A DNA stretch of 51,673 nucleotides from Bacteroidota bacterium (lineage in GTDB: Bacteria > Bacteroidota > Bacteroidia > Palsa-948), in contig JAZDJJ010000097.1 of the NCBI GenBank assembly GCA_043804035.1, positions 1 to 51,673 on the forward strand, given 5' to 3'. Made by a program: the position numbers and the translations under genes. Positions 10,068 to 19,292 of the stretch are shown piece after piece. The number at the start of each line of letters is the position of its first letter. The stretch's first letter is position 1. The notes under the pieces are model-generated. The model saw only the letters and a program-made list of their open reading frames with translations. It was not told the DNA's origin and ran no database searches.

Positions 10068-10670
10068 TTACAAATTCGGCACAGAATAAAAATCTGTGTT
10101 GCGGTTCAGAAACTCAGCCAGTTTTTTTATGACTATTGCCCGGTGGCTGATGGTGTTTTTTTCTTCAAGGGACATCTCGGCAAACGATTTGGTAAAACCT
10201 TTCGGTTGAAAAATGGAATCATAACCAAATCCATTATTTCCTCTTGGCGTATATAAAATACTTCCTTTTATCTTACCTTCAAATAAATATGTTTTATTGC
10301 CGATAATTAAAGATATAACAGTGATGAATTTGCAATTCCTGTTTTTCTTTTTGTTCATTTCAAAAAGAACTTTTTTTATATTATCCTCTGCACTTTTCTT
10401 TTCTCCGGCATAACGGGCTGACAATATTCCGGGCTTCCCTTCAAGTGCATCTATTTCAAGACCTGTATCATCTGCAAAACAATCTATCTTATATTTCTTG
10501 TAAATGTATTGTGCTTTTTGAATTGCATTTTCTTCCAAAGAATTTCCTGTTTCAAAAAGTTCTTCGTTGAAACCAATATCGGAAAGAGAAAGAAGCGAAA
10601 TATTATTTTTCAGCAGATGCTGTATCTCTTTTAACTTGTGATTGTTGTTTGTAGCGAAAATTAATTTCAT
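10068..10670 (-). CDS. rdgB: Non-canonical purine NTP pyrophosphatase (RdgB/HAM1 family)
   Basis: 200 aa with ATNNNHKLKEI, DDTGLEIDALEGKPGILSARYAG, FGYDSIFQP and ISHRA. Confidence 0.9.
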   Translation of the reverse strand: MKLIFATNNNHKLKEIQHLLKNNISLLSLSDIGFNEELFETGNSLEENAIQKAQYIYKKYKIDCFADDTGLEIDALEGKPGILSARYAGEKKSAEDNIKKVLFEMNKKKNRNCKFITVISLIIGNKTYLFEGKIKGSILYTPRGNNGFGYDSIFQPKGFTKSFAEMSLEEKNTISHRAIVIKKLAEFLNRNTDFYSVPNL

Positions 10671-10732
10671 GAGAATGAATTATCTTTTAAGAGTTAATAG
10701 AAAAATCGTTAATCGTTAATAGGAAAAGTTAA

Positions 10733-10865
10733 GGGCAGTTCTAAAAATACAAACAAACGTCATTGCGAGTGAATGAAATGAGCGAAGCAATCTCTATTAA
10801 ATTCAGATTGCTTCCTGCTTCGTGCCTCGCAGTCGCAATGCCGAAACCAATTTTTGGAACTGCCC
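10733..10865. repeat. Palindromic MITE/REP-like element, family A (GGGCAGTTCTAAAAAT...CGTCATTGCGAG...GAAGCAATCT)
   Basis: The outer inverted ends are GGGCAGTTCTAAAAAT and ATTTTTGGAACTGCCC. The inner arms are CGTCATTGCGAG...CGAAGCAATCTCT and AGATTGCTTCC...CTCGCAGTCGCAATGCCG. Positions 10734-10770 match the reverse complement of 44079-44115 at about 35/37. Confidence 0.85.
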
Positions 10866-10915
10866 AATAGTTAATAGCAAATTGTATTCAATAATAAATA
10901 TTCAATAATACTCAT

Positions 10916-11779
10916 TTATAGTTGACCAACTTTGACAAAACAGGAAGGAAAGTTTTTTTCAATGTCAGTTTTTTTGTGAAAGATGCCATACACAGCCGAA
11001 CCGCTGCCACTCATGGAAGCATAGATGGCACCAAGAGAATAAAGTTTTTCTTTGATGTGTTTGATGGCGGGGTGTTTCGGAAAGACAACATCTTCAAAGT
11101 CATTATGAATTGTGTGCTTCCATTTTTCAATTGGTTGAGAAATTAGTTTTGATAGATGTACTTTTATTTTTTTAGGAATGATATGAGAATATGCTTCCGC
11201 TGTGCTGATAGAAATATTCGGATAAACAATTGCAATATTACAACCATTCAGATTTAGTTTTTTTTCCCCATTGCAAGAGAGAGGAATTATCTTTTCGCCT
11301 CTCCCCGAAATAAATGCCGGTTGATTAAAGATGAAGAATGAACAATCACTTCCGAGTTGACTGGCATAGTGAAGCATTTTTTGTTCTGAAAGTTCAAGAT
11401 TAAATTTTTCGTTCAGCAGTTTTATCATAAACGCACCGTCAGATGAGCCACCACCAAGTCCTGCTCCCATTGGAATTATTTTATGTAAATAAATTTTTAT
11501 TGAGGGAAGAGAAAAATCTTTTGCGAGTAAATTATATGCTTTGATACAGAGATTATTTTCTGCATCTGTTGAAACAGGAATTCCTGAAATCAAAAGTTTT
11601 GCTTTTCGTTTTTCTTTCTCTTGTGGAATGGCAGATGATGGAATGCTGATTATTTCCATTGCATCAAATAAAATTCCCGTAAGGGGAACCATTATGCTTT
11701 CCAGATTGTGAAAACCATCGGTGCGCTTTTCGGTAATGTAAAGTCCGATGTTAATTTTTGCGTTAGGAAAATAAATCAT
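10916..11779 (-). CDS. ispE: 4-(cytidine 5'-diphospho)-2-C-methyl-D-erythritol kinase
   Basis: 287 aa with the N-terminus NAKINIGLYITEKRTDGFHNLES and the GHMP kinase loop PMGAGLGGGSSDGA. Confidence 0.88.
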   Translation of the reverse strand: MIYFPNAKINIGLYITEKRTDGFHNLESIMVPLTGILFDAMEIISIPSSAIPQEKEKRKAKLLISGIPVSTDAENNLCIKAYNLLAKDFSLPSIKIYLHKIIPMGAGLGGGSSDGAFMIKLLNEKFNLELSEQKMLHYASQLGSDCSFFIFNQPAFISGRGEKIIPLSCNGEKKLNLNGCNIAIVYPNISISTAEAYSHIIPKKIKVHLSKLISQPIEKWKHTIHNDFEDVVFPKHPAIKHIKEKLYSLGAIYASMSGSGSAVYGIFHKKTDIEKNFPSCFVKVGQL

Positions 11780-11960
11780 TCTGCTTACAAAACTAAATGA
11801 TTTGTAGTAATCTCGGATTTTTGGGATTGCTTCGGTTGTTCATCCCATCTCTACTATTCGTATCGTTTGCGTTATTTGCATTGTTTTATATATCCGCTTT
11901 TTTCATTCATTATTCATTGTTCGTTATTCTACTTTGTCTATAAGTATTGAGAAGTTACAA

Positions 11961-14480
11961 TTATTTCTTTATAAAAATAAATTGTCCGCCTTCATCGCCG
12001 GTATTTTTCACAGGAGCAAATTTAGGACTTTGGTCAGAATTATTGATAATAGGAATTTTTATTTTGTTGTAAATCTGTCCTGCATCACAAAATTTATTGT
12101 CGTTATCGCCAAGTACTTTCAAAAAATAATATGCAAATACGGAATGTCCATCTTTCCCTCCGTCCATCACAGGTTCTAATCCGCCGGAAGTTATTGCTTG
12201 TCTGGATAAAAGATTATGAACTTCTTTGTAATATTTTTCTGATTCTTCAAAAGGAACAGATATTGTACTACCTCTGAAAATATCTCCGCTGAAACAAGCA
12301 TCGGCAATTAAAAGCGTATGTTTTGATTTTATTCCTCCGAGATAAGTTTGAATATCAGCATTTGAAATATAATTGGCAGTGGATTTAGTTGTTGCATCCA
12401 CAGGTACCCAGAATCCTTTATTCAATTCTTGTTTAAATTCTCCATGTCCGGAATAATAAATAAAGACATTGTCTTGTTCTTTGATATTTTGCACTAACCA
12501 TTCCATCTCGCTAATGATATTGGTACGCGATGCCTGTTCATTATAGAGAGTGCGAAAGTTATCAAATTTATATTTTGTTTTTAGTATTGCTTCAATGGCT
12601 TTGGCATCATTTACGGCATTAACTAAAGGGGACCAGGTGCCTCCATATTTATTTATTCCGATGATGAGCGCATAATATTTTCCGATGATCATTTCTTTTG
12701 ATTTGGAAACATTGAGCCCTTTGAGCGGGTCGCCGCTTCCTCTGTATAATGGTTGTTCGGGAAGTTCAACGGGTGCAGTGTTCATGGCAATGAGCATATC
12801 AGTAGTAGGAAGGGGTTCATTCATTTTCACTTCAAGTATCAGATCATTTGCATTGGTATAAGCACCTTCTAAATTCAATCCAATATTTACTTTCGGCTTA
12901 ATAAATTCTTTGGCAGCATAAAATTCCACGCTGATTTCTTTTTCTTCACCCGATACAATTTTTGGTATGAGTTCCGAAAGTTTATTTATCGCCATTACAC
13001 CGGGAGGAAAAACATAATTCATTTTTATATTTTTTGCTTCTCCGCTGGAAGTATTTTTTAGTTTTAGTTTAAGTGTGATAGGGGCGCCAACTTCCGCTTT
13101 TCCGGTTGCCGAAGAATAACTATGACTCAGCACCATCACATAACTATAACTCACTCCGCCACGGGATTGGAAATTTACTTTCACCGGAGAAGGATTGAAT
13201 CCATTGCCTTCCGAAATATTCACAGTAAAAGTTCCGCCTGCTGTTTCAAGTGTTGAGTCAGTATATATAGGAATTGAAACATTAGTGTATTTATCAGCAT
13301 CTAAGTTCCCGATTAAAAATTCTTTTTCATAATTCAATCCAACCACAGTTTGGTCAATAGAAATTTTAGCAGATAAATTATATGCTTGTCCTTTCCCCTG
13401 ATTTTTTAGAATAAAATTTATAGTTGGCTTTTCAGGATTTTCTATGATGCCGTTATGATTATCTTCTTTCATAGAAACAGCGGTTACAGAAAGTTTTGGC
13501 TCGCCGACATCTTTCATAAATTTCTTCTTGCCGATTTTCAGATTGCTCATATCCCAGATTTTCAAACTCATGTCTTTGCTTACAGATATAAAAAGATTTC
13601 CTTTATCGCCGAAAGCAATAGTAGTTATATCTTTATCGTGTGCATCAAATTCTTTTACCATTTGTTTGGTTTCAATATTCCAGATGGAAATTTTTTTGCC
13701 GGCACCAGCAGCCGCAAGATATTGCACATCGGGACTGATGGCAACAGAATTTATATGTGCTTTGAAATTTGTCTCAGCCACTTTTGTTCCTGCCGGCATT
13801 TCCCATATTATCACTGCTCCTTCTGCTCCTCCCGAAACCAGATATTTTCCATCAGAACTCCAAGCAAGTGCAGTAACTTCTTTGGATGTAGCATCAAGAG
13901 ATATTTTTATTTGTCCCGTAGAAGCATCCCATAAAATAATAGTGTTATCGGCAGAACCCGTTGCAATGCTTTTTCCATCGGGGCTGAATACAGCGGCATT
14001 CACCGGCTTGGTATGTCCTTTCAGTGTAAGCAAAGACATTCCACTCACTCCGTCCCAAATTTTTACAGTGTTATCTTTTGAACTGCTTACGATATAATCA
14101 TTGATAGGATTGAAAGAAAGTGAAGTAATATCAAGAGTATGTTCTTTAAGAACTTTTTTTATTTTCCATTCTTTCGCATCAAAGATGATAAGTTTGCCAT
14201 CGGAAGAGCCGGCAGCAAAAAATTTCCCATTAGAACTGAATGCTGTTGCTGTTACCGGATTTGAAAGGGTAAATATTTTTGTCTTTTCTCCGGATTTTAT
14301 ATCCCATACCTGTGCACGTTTGTCCATTCCGCCTGTAACAATATAAGTTGCTTCGCTATTGATGGCTGCCGAAAGAACTTCGCCTGAATGTGCGTTTTCC
14401 TTGTTCTTCAGAATATCCTGTGCATTGATTAGCGTTGAACTAACTAATGCGAATGTTGCTAAAAAAGTAATTGATTTCAT
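11961..14480 (-). CDS. Secreted WD40-repeat protein with C-terminal caspase (peptidase C14) domain
   Basis: 839 aa. The order is a signal peptide (FALVSSTLINAQ), about 7 WD40 repeats (repeated GHTKPV/AFSPDGK/ASxDxTIxIWD patterns), two Ig/CARDB-like segments, then a caspase fold. The caspase part has YALIIGINKY, a catalytic His in YYSGHGEF and a catalytic Cys in LIADACFSG. Confidence 0.8.
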   Translation of the reverse strand: MKSITFLATFALVSSTLINAQDILKNKENAHSGEVLSAAINSEATYIVTGGMDKRAQVWDIKSGEKTKIFTLSNPVTATAFSSNGKFFAAGSSDGKLIIFDAKEWKIKKVLKEHTLDITSLSFNPINDYIVSSSKDNTVKIWDGVSGMSLLTLKGHTKPVNAAVFSPDGKSIATGSADNTIILWDASTGQIKISLDATSKEVTALAWSSDGKYLVSGGAEGAVIIWEMPAGTKVAETNFKAHINSVAISPDVQYLAAAGAGKKISIWNIETKQMVKEFDAHDKDITTIAFGDKGNLFISVSKDMSLKIWDMSNLKIGKKKFMKDVGEPKLSVTAVSMKEDNHNGIIENPEKPTINFILKNQGKGQAYNLSAKISIDQTVVGLNYEKEFLIGNLDADKYTNVSIPIYTDSTLETAGGTFTVNISEGNGFNPSPVKVNFQSRGGVSYSYVMVLSHSYSSATGKAEVGAPITLKLKLKNTSSGEAKNIKMNYVFPPGVMAINKLSELIPKIVSGEEKEISVEFYAAKEFIKPKVNIGLNLEGAYTNANDLILEVKMNEPLPTTDMLIAMNTAPVELPEQPLYRGSGDPLKGLNVSKSKEMIIGKYYALIIGINKYGGTWSPLVNAVNDAKAIEAILKTKYKFDNFRTLYNEQASRTNIISEMEWLVQNIKEQDNVFIYYSGHGEFKQELNKGFWVPVDATTKSTANYISNADIQTYLGGIKSKHTLLIADACFSGDIFRGSTISVPFEESEKYYKEVHNLLSRQAITSGGLEPVMDGGKDGHSVFAYYFLKVLGDNDNKFCDAGQIYNKIKIPIINNSDQSPKFAPVKNTGDEGGQFIFIKK

Positions 14481-14490
14481 TTGAAAAATA

Positions 14491-14526
14491 TTTTTTGAGA
14501 TTGTAAAATTTTTTGAGATTGTAAAA
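14491..14526. repeat. Perfect 18-bp tandem duplication TTTTTTGAGATTGTAAAA x2 in a divergent promoter region
   Basis: Unit 1 is 14491-14508 and unit 2 is 14509-14526, and the two are identical. They lie between the WD40-caspase start (14480, minus) and the PKD protein start (14617, plus). Confidence 0.9.
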
Positions 14527-14616
14527 ATAGTAATAAATATTATTACTTTCGTAAATAGTTTTTCCCAAAAAGAAGAAACATAATCTTAAAATTAAATATT
14601 AAATTAATTTCACACT

Positions 14617-16122
14617 ATGAAACACTATTTTTATCCTCTCATAGCACTATTATTTTTTTCTGCTATTAGTTTTTCACAGGTGGTTCCAAATTTCAATTAT
14701 ACTCAATCTTGTTATGGAGAACAAACCACATTAGTTGCTTCTTCTGCTCTGCCCAATGCTTCAATACTCTCGTGGCAATGGGATACTGACAATAATGGCG
14801 AGTACGATGTTTCCGGGGAAAAAATTATTTATCTCTTTACTCCAAGCAATGATACGGCAGTCGTTAAATTAAAAATTACTTCTAAATCCGGTTCTGCCGA
14901 TTCCATTACCAAAAATGTAATTATTAATCCGTTGCCTCAGGTTAATTTTCGTGTGGATAATCTTTGCGAAAGAAAGACCGCAAAATATTTCAACCAATCT
15001 ACAATTGCTTCGGGAACTATTACACAGTTTCTCTGGGATTTTAACAACGATAATATAACGGATGATAATTCAAATGACACAGTAACATACAATTGCGGAC
15101 AAGCACAAACATATATTACCAAACTCATTTGCATCTCTGACAAAGGATGCAGTGCTTTCGCTACCAAGACAACTGAAGTATTCCCTAATCCTATTGCTAC
15201 ATTTTCAACAACGAGTACTTGTCTTAATACTAACGCAATATTTACAAACACAAGTACAGTAATCAATCCTGATTTTTATCTTTGGAATTTTGGTGATGGT
15301 AATCAAAGTGTAGGAAATTCAACACACATTTATAATTCACCCGGAACTTTTACTGTTACTTTGATTGCTGTAACACAAAATGGTTGCCGAGACACTGTTG
15401 CTTCATCAATTACCATTAACCCGCTGCCAAGTGTTGCTATCACATCAAGCGGCTCTACAATATTCTGCGCTGGTAATACCGTAACATTAAATGCCGGCAG
15501 CGGATTCGCTTCTTATCTATGGAATAATGGTTCTTCTTCTCAATCTATTTCGGTTTCATCGTCAGGTAATAACAATGTGGTGGTAACTGACGTTAATGGA
15601 TGCACGAATACTGCTTCTGTAAGTGTTACTTCAACTCCGCTCCCTGTTGTTACCATCACGACAAGCGGAAATACTGTTTTATCTGACGGCAACAAAGTTA
15701 TGTTAATAGCAAATGGTGCCAATAGTTATGCATGGAGCACAGGCGCAAATTCCATCAGCATTACCGTTACGCAAAGCGGAACTTATTTCGTAAAGGGTAC
15801 AGATATAAATAACTGCACAGCATCCGACAGTATTATCATAATGAATAAAATTTCTGATACAGTTTTTGTTTCCGGCAATCTCCTTACGCCTAATGGTGAT
15901 GGCATCAATGATTTTTTTAGCATACAAAATATAATGTCTTATCAAAATTGTAATGTGAAGGTGTACAGTATATGGAACGAAGAAGTTTTTTCAGCAACCA
16001 ATTACAAAAACAATTGGGATGGAACATACAGCGGAAACCCACTTCCTGCCGGTGCTTATTACTACATTATCAAATGCGATGATAAAGCGGTGGCAAGAGG
16101 AAATATAAATATTTTGAGATAG
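14617..16122 (+). CDS. PKD/Ig-repeat protein with T9SS type B (gliding motility-associated) C-terminal domain
   Basis: 501 aa with a signal peptide and repeated PKD-like units (F..T..C......F.N.S). The C-terminus has LTPNGDGINDFF, NNWDGTY and AGAYYYI, typical of the CHU_C/type B sorting domain. Confidence 0.8.
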   Translation: MKHYFYPLIALLFFSAISFSQVVPNFNYTQSCYGEQTTLVASSALPNASILSWQWDTDNNGEYDVSGEKIIYLFTPSNDTAVVKLKITSKSGSADSITKNVIINPLPQVNFRVDNLCERKTAKYFNQSTIASGTITQFLWDFNNDNITDDNSNDTVTYNCGQAQTYITKLICISDKGCSAFATKTTEVFPNPIATFSTTSTCLNTNAIFTNTSTVINPDFYLWNFGDGNQSVGNSTHIYNSPGTFTVTLIAVTQNGCRDTVASSITINPLPSVAITSSGSTIFCAGNTVTLNAGSGFASYLWNNGSSSQSISVSSSGNNNVVVTDVNGCTNTASVSVTSTPLPVVTITTSGNTVLSDGNKVMLIANGANSYAWSTGANSISITVTQSGTYFVKGTDINNCTASDSIIIMNKISDTVFVSGNLLTPNGDGINDFFSIQNIMSYQNCNVKVYSIWNEEVFSATNYKNNWDGTYSGNPLPAGAYYYIIKCDDKAVARGNINILR

Positions 16123-16153
16123 GAAAATTACTTGTTCTTTTCTCATAAAAAAA

Positions 16154-16284
16154 TTTCTATAAATCCTTTTTAATTTGTTCATCATGGCGGGCTTGACCCG
16201 CCACCTCAATCAATTATCTCATTAGTTCGTCATGGCGGGCTTGATCCGCCATCAATAAAGAACCACAATTTCTTCTATAAATCC
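16154..16284. repeat. REP/MITE-like modules, family C (two CATGGCGGGCTTGAYCCGCCA hairpins flanked by TTTCT(TC)TATAAATCC words)
   Basis: 16154-16235 matches the reverse complement of 125-210. A second hairpin lies at 16231-16253, and the word lies at 16269-16284. Confidence 0.8.
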
Positions 16285-16372
16285 TTTATTTTGAAATGAG
16301 CAGGTCAGGAGTTCTGATGTTGGTATAAACTGATAGATGGACTATTTTCATAAAATCAATAGTTTTGCAACA

Positions 16373-17104
16373 ATGACTACATTAAATAAAAATTGGATTA
16401 CCGAAAAACACATTGACTTTGAGTATAAAAAATACTTACTTCTTTCTTATTTGCAGGAAGTGAAACAGCAGTTTAGTGCCACCAAACTTTATCCCTGGCT
16501 GTCAGAACTGATAGAGCATTACCGTTTTGCAATTTCCATCCGTGAAAATAAAATAAATCTGCGCAAACATTTTCCTCAGCAACTTTCCGATATTGATATC
16601 AACAAAAAAAAATTATCATTTAAAAAAAATATAGATGATGACATGCTGATGCAGGAAATTGAAAATATTGTTTCGTATGCTATCCTTCAATTTGAACAGC
16701 AGATAAAAGAAGGGAAAGCCATTTACGATTTTATTGAGAATCATTTATCAATTCTGCCAGTCGGAATTGTTCCACTTTCTTCTGATAATGGCTATATATT
16801 TTTAAAATGTGGGGAGATAGCCGGCACAAACGTGTACGAATATCAGATTACCATCTTTGAAAATATACATGAAAAACATAAAGCCATTCACACACAATAT
16901 GTGAAATTGTTTAAAAAAACTTTTTTCAATACTTTTGAATCCATCAAATGTGATCTTATTCAGAAAAATAAAAACATCCCTAATCCTGCTACTTACGCTA
17001 TAGAAACAGATATGATTTTTCCTCTGGAAGAAACTTTTTTGCCTATTGCAAAACGAATGTTGGTGAAACATCTCTTCCGGTTAGAAAACAAAACGGATAG
17101 TTAA
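16373..17104 (+). CDS. Hypothetical protein
   Basis: The long ORF has coding-like composition. I recognise no motif. ATG 16373 (MTTLNKNW) is preferred over ATG 16337, but either is possible. Confidence 0.5.
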   Translation: MTTLNKNWITEKHIDFEYKKYLLLSYLQEVKQQFSATKLYPWLSELIEHYRFAISIRENKINLRKHFPQQLSDIDINKKKLSFKKNIDDDMLMQEIENIVSYAILQFEQQIKEGKAIYDFIENHLSILPVGIVPLSSDNGYIFLKCGEIAGTNVYEYQITIFENIHEKHKAIHTQYVKLFKKTFFNTFESIKCDLIQKNKNIPNPATYAIETDMIFPLEETFLPIAKRMLVKHLFRLENKTDS

Positions 17105-17199
17105 ATGCGAGAGACATAGAAAACATTTCTAAAATCTCAAAACATAAATATGATGACAAATAATTTTAGTCGGAGTGATAGTGTTTAAAAATAATATTT

Positions 17200-17207
17200 T
17201 ACATTTG
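17200..17207 (+). promoter_or_regulatory. Candidate Bacteroidetes -7 promoter element (TACATTTG, consensus TAnnTTTG)
   Basis: It matches the TAnnTTTG consensus 39 bp upstream of the 17246 ATG. There is no clean -33 TTTG, so this is weak. Confidence 0.3.
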
Positions 17208-17245
17208 CACATTCAAATTACAAAATCAATTTAATCTTTTTTTAT

Positions 17246-18214
17246 ATGAAAATACTCGCAAATGATGGTATTGAAAAATCGGCTCAATTGAAATTAGAAT
17301 CCGCTGGATTCACAATATCTGTCGAAAAAATTCAGCAGGAAAAACTTGCTGAAGCAATAAATGAAAATAATTTTTCTGTACTGCTCGTTCGTAGTGCAAC
17401 ACAAGTCAGAAAAAATGTGATTGATGCCTGTCCCAATTTAAAACTTATCGGCAGAGGTGGTGTTGGAATGGACAATATTGATGTGGAATATGCACGCTCA
17501 AAAGGAATTAAAGTGATAAACACTCCTGCTGCATCTGCATTTTCGGTGGCTGAACTCGTGTTTGCACATTTATTTTCTATGGCAAGATTTATTTATGACG
17601 CCAATCGCGAAATGCCTGTAAAAGGAGAAATGAATTTTAATGATTTGAAAAAAAAATATGGAAAAGGAATTGAACTACGTGGCAAAACACTTGGTATCAT
17701 TGGCATCGGAAGTATCGGACAGATTGTTGCAAAATATGCTCTCGGCTGCGGAATGAAAGTGATAGCATACGACCCATTTGTGAAAGAAGCAACTATTGAT
17801 GTTGAAATTTTTGGAGCAAAAAATGTAAGCATAAAAATTAATACTATTCCGCTTAACGATGTGCTTGCACAAAGCGATTTTATTACTCTTCATGTTCCTA
17901 AACAAAAAGATGGCAAAGCCGTAATTGGAAATGACGAGTTGAATAAAATTAAAAAAGGTGGGTGCATAGTGAACACATCCAGAGGCGGAATAATTGACGA
18001 ATCAGCATTGATTGAAGCATTGAATACTGGAAAAATTGCACATGCTGCTCTTGATGTTTTTGTAAATGAGCCCACTCCTAAAAAAGAAGTTTTACAGCAT
18101 CCAAAAATTTCACTCACTCCTCATATTGGTGCAGCAACCGCCGAAGCACAGGAAAGAGTTGGTAGTGAATTAGCTCAGCAAATTATTGAATGGGCATTAG
18201 TAGTTGCTCGCTAA
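17246..18214 (+). CDS. D-isomer-specific 2-hydroxyacid dehydrogenase, phosphoglycerate dehydrogenase-like
   Basis: 322 aa with the NAD-binding motif GIIGIGSIGQIVAKYA plus NTSRGGIIDE, ALDVF and TPHIGAAT. Confidence 0.8.
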   Translation: MKILANDGIEKSAQLKLESAGFTISVEKIQQEKLAEAINENNFSVLLVRSATQVRKNVIDACPNLKLIGRGGVGMDNIDVEYARSKGIKVINTPAASAFSVAELVFAHLFSMARFIYDANREMPVKGEMNFNDLKKKYGKGIELRGKTLGIIGIGSIGQIVAKYALGCGMKVIAYDPFVKEATIDVEIFGAKNVSIKINTIPLNDVLAQSDFITLHVPKQKDGKAVIGNDELNKIKKGGCIVNTSRGGIIDESALIEALNTGKIAHAALDVFVNEPTPKKEVLQHPKISLTPHIGAATAEAQERVGSELAQQIIEWALVVAR

Positions 18215-18455
18215 AAAATTGATAGATGGGAAAGGGTTTTCAATAGATGAAGTAAGAATACAAATATTAGATGCCATTAAATGTGAAAAAAAATATATCA
18301 AAAGTGGCAAACTTATGATTGATTTTAGGGACTTCGGTGATGATATGCTTCGCTACAGAAACGTAGTTCACGACTATTTGACTACGGATTATAAGGATAA
18401 TAATTGGGAAGTTTATATGTATTCTTTTGATAACTCAGAATGGAATAAAAATTAA
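18204..18455 (+). CDS. Hypothetical small protein (weak call)
   Basis: 83-codon ORF that overlaps the upstream stop. Its only upstream start candidates are TTG, and I recognise no motif. Confidence 0.25.
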   Translation: MLAKKLIDGKGFSIDEVRIQILDAIKCEKKYIKSGKLMIDFRDFGDDMLRYRNVVHDYLTTDYKDNNWEVYMYSFDNSEWNKN

Positions 18456-18583
18456 AAAAATGAACGAATACAAACAGCGTGTAATTGCCATTAAAACGGG
18501 ATACTACACGTACCCGATGATGATAAGATGGGGCAATAGAATTATGCAAGAAAGGTAGTTATCTGCAATTTTAAATTGATGCC

Positions 18584-19153
18584 ATGAAAATATTTTTAAA
18601 ATTTATTTTTTTATTTATTTCAATTGCAACAATTGGACAAGAGAGTAAACTGAGAGATACATTAATAAAAAGAAACACAATTTATGCAGAAGCATTTGGA
18701 CAGGGATTAAATAGCTCGCTTTCATTTGACCGCTTGTATCATTTAAATAAAAAAATTAAAACTTCTTTTACTGCGGGAATTGTTATTGTACCGATAGCAG
18801 AAGGATTTGGTGATGGTAGTTATTTTGGAGTGCCTGTATCTTATAACTTTATATTTTACAAAAAGAGTCATCATATAGAGATTGGGCTTGGATTTACAAT
18901 ATTAGGAGGAAAAGACATATTCAATTGGTCATACTATTATTCATATTTTACACCTAAAATAGGATACCGATTTCAAAGACATCAAGGAGGATTATTTTTT
19001 AGGGCGACACTCACACCAATGATTGCTTTTATTAATGCCTATTTTGAGAAAGATAATTATAGAAATTTTGAATATTTTACAAACGTAGTTAATATAGATT
19101 ATCCAATATTTCCTTGGGCAGGACTTAGCATCGGATACACATTAAAAAAATAA
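18584..19153 (+). CDS. Hypothetical secreted or outer-membrane protein
   Basis: 189 aa with a signal peptide (FIFLFISIATIGQ). Alternating aromatic/Gly-rich segments and a C-terminal aromatic-rich end (LSIGYTLKK) suggest a small beta-barrel. Confidence 0.5.
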   Translation: MKIFLKFIFLFISIATIGQESKLRDTLIKRNTIYAEAFGQGLNSSLSFDRLYHLNKKIKTSFTAGIVIVPIAEGFGDGSYFGVPVSYNFIFYKKSHHIEIGLGFTILGGKDIFNWSYYYSYFTPKIGYRFQRHQGGLFFRATLTPMIAFINAYFEKDNYRNFEYFTNVVNIDYPIFPWAGLSIGYTLKK

Positions 19154-19292
19154 AAAACTGCAACCAACATTGGTCTTGTGTCAGCGGCGGTGAAGTGCGA
19201 TTTAAAACTTTGAAATTAGAACTTATTCAGAAGTTTTACACAGCCCACAGCCCATACGTTTATTAATCGGACTCATTCAAACCTAAATTCAA

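Noticed and set aside
13455-14346. Plus-strand ORFs of 159, 189 and 81 aa antisense to the WD40-caspase gene, and similar antisense ORFs inside other large genes in the track
   Set aside because: They lie entirely within well-supported genes on the opposite strand and have low-complexity, motif-free translations. These are typical shadow ORFs.
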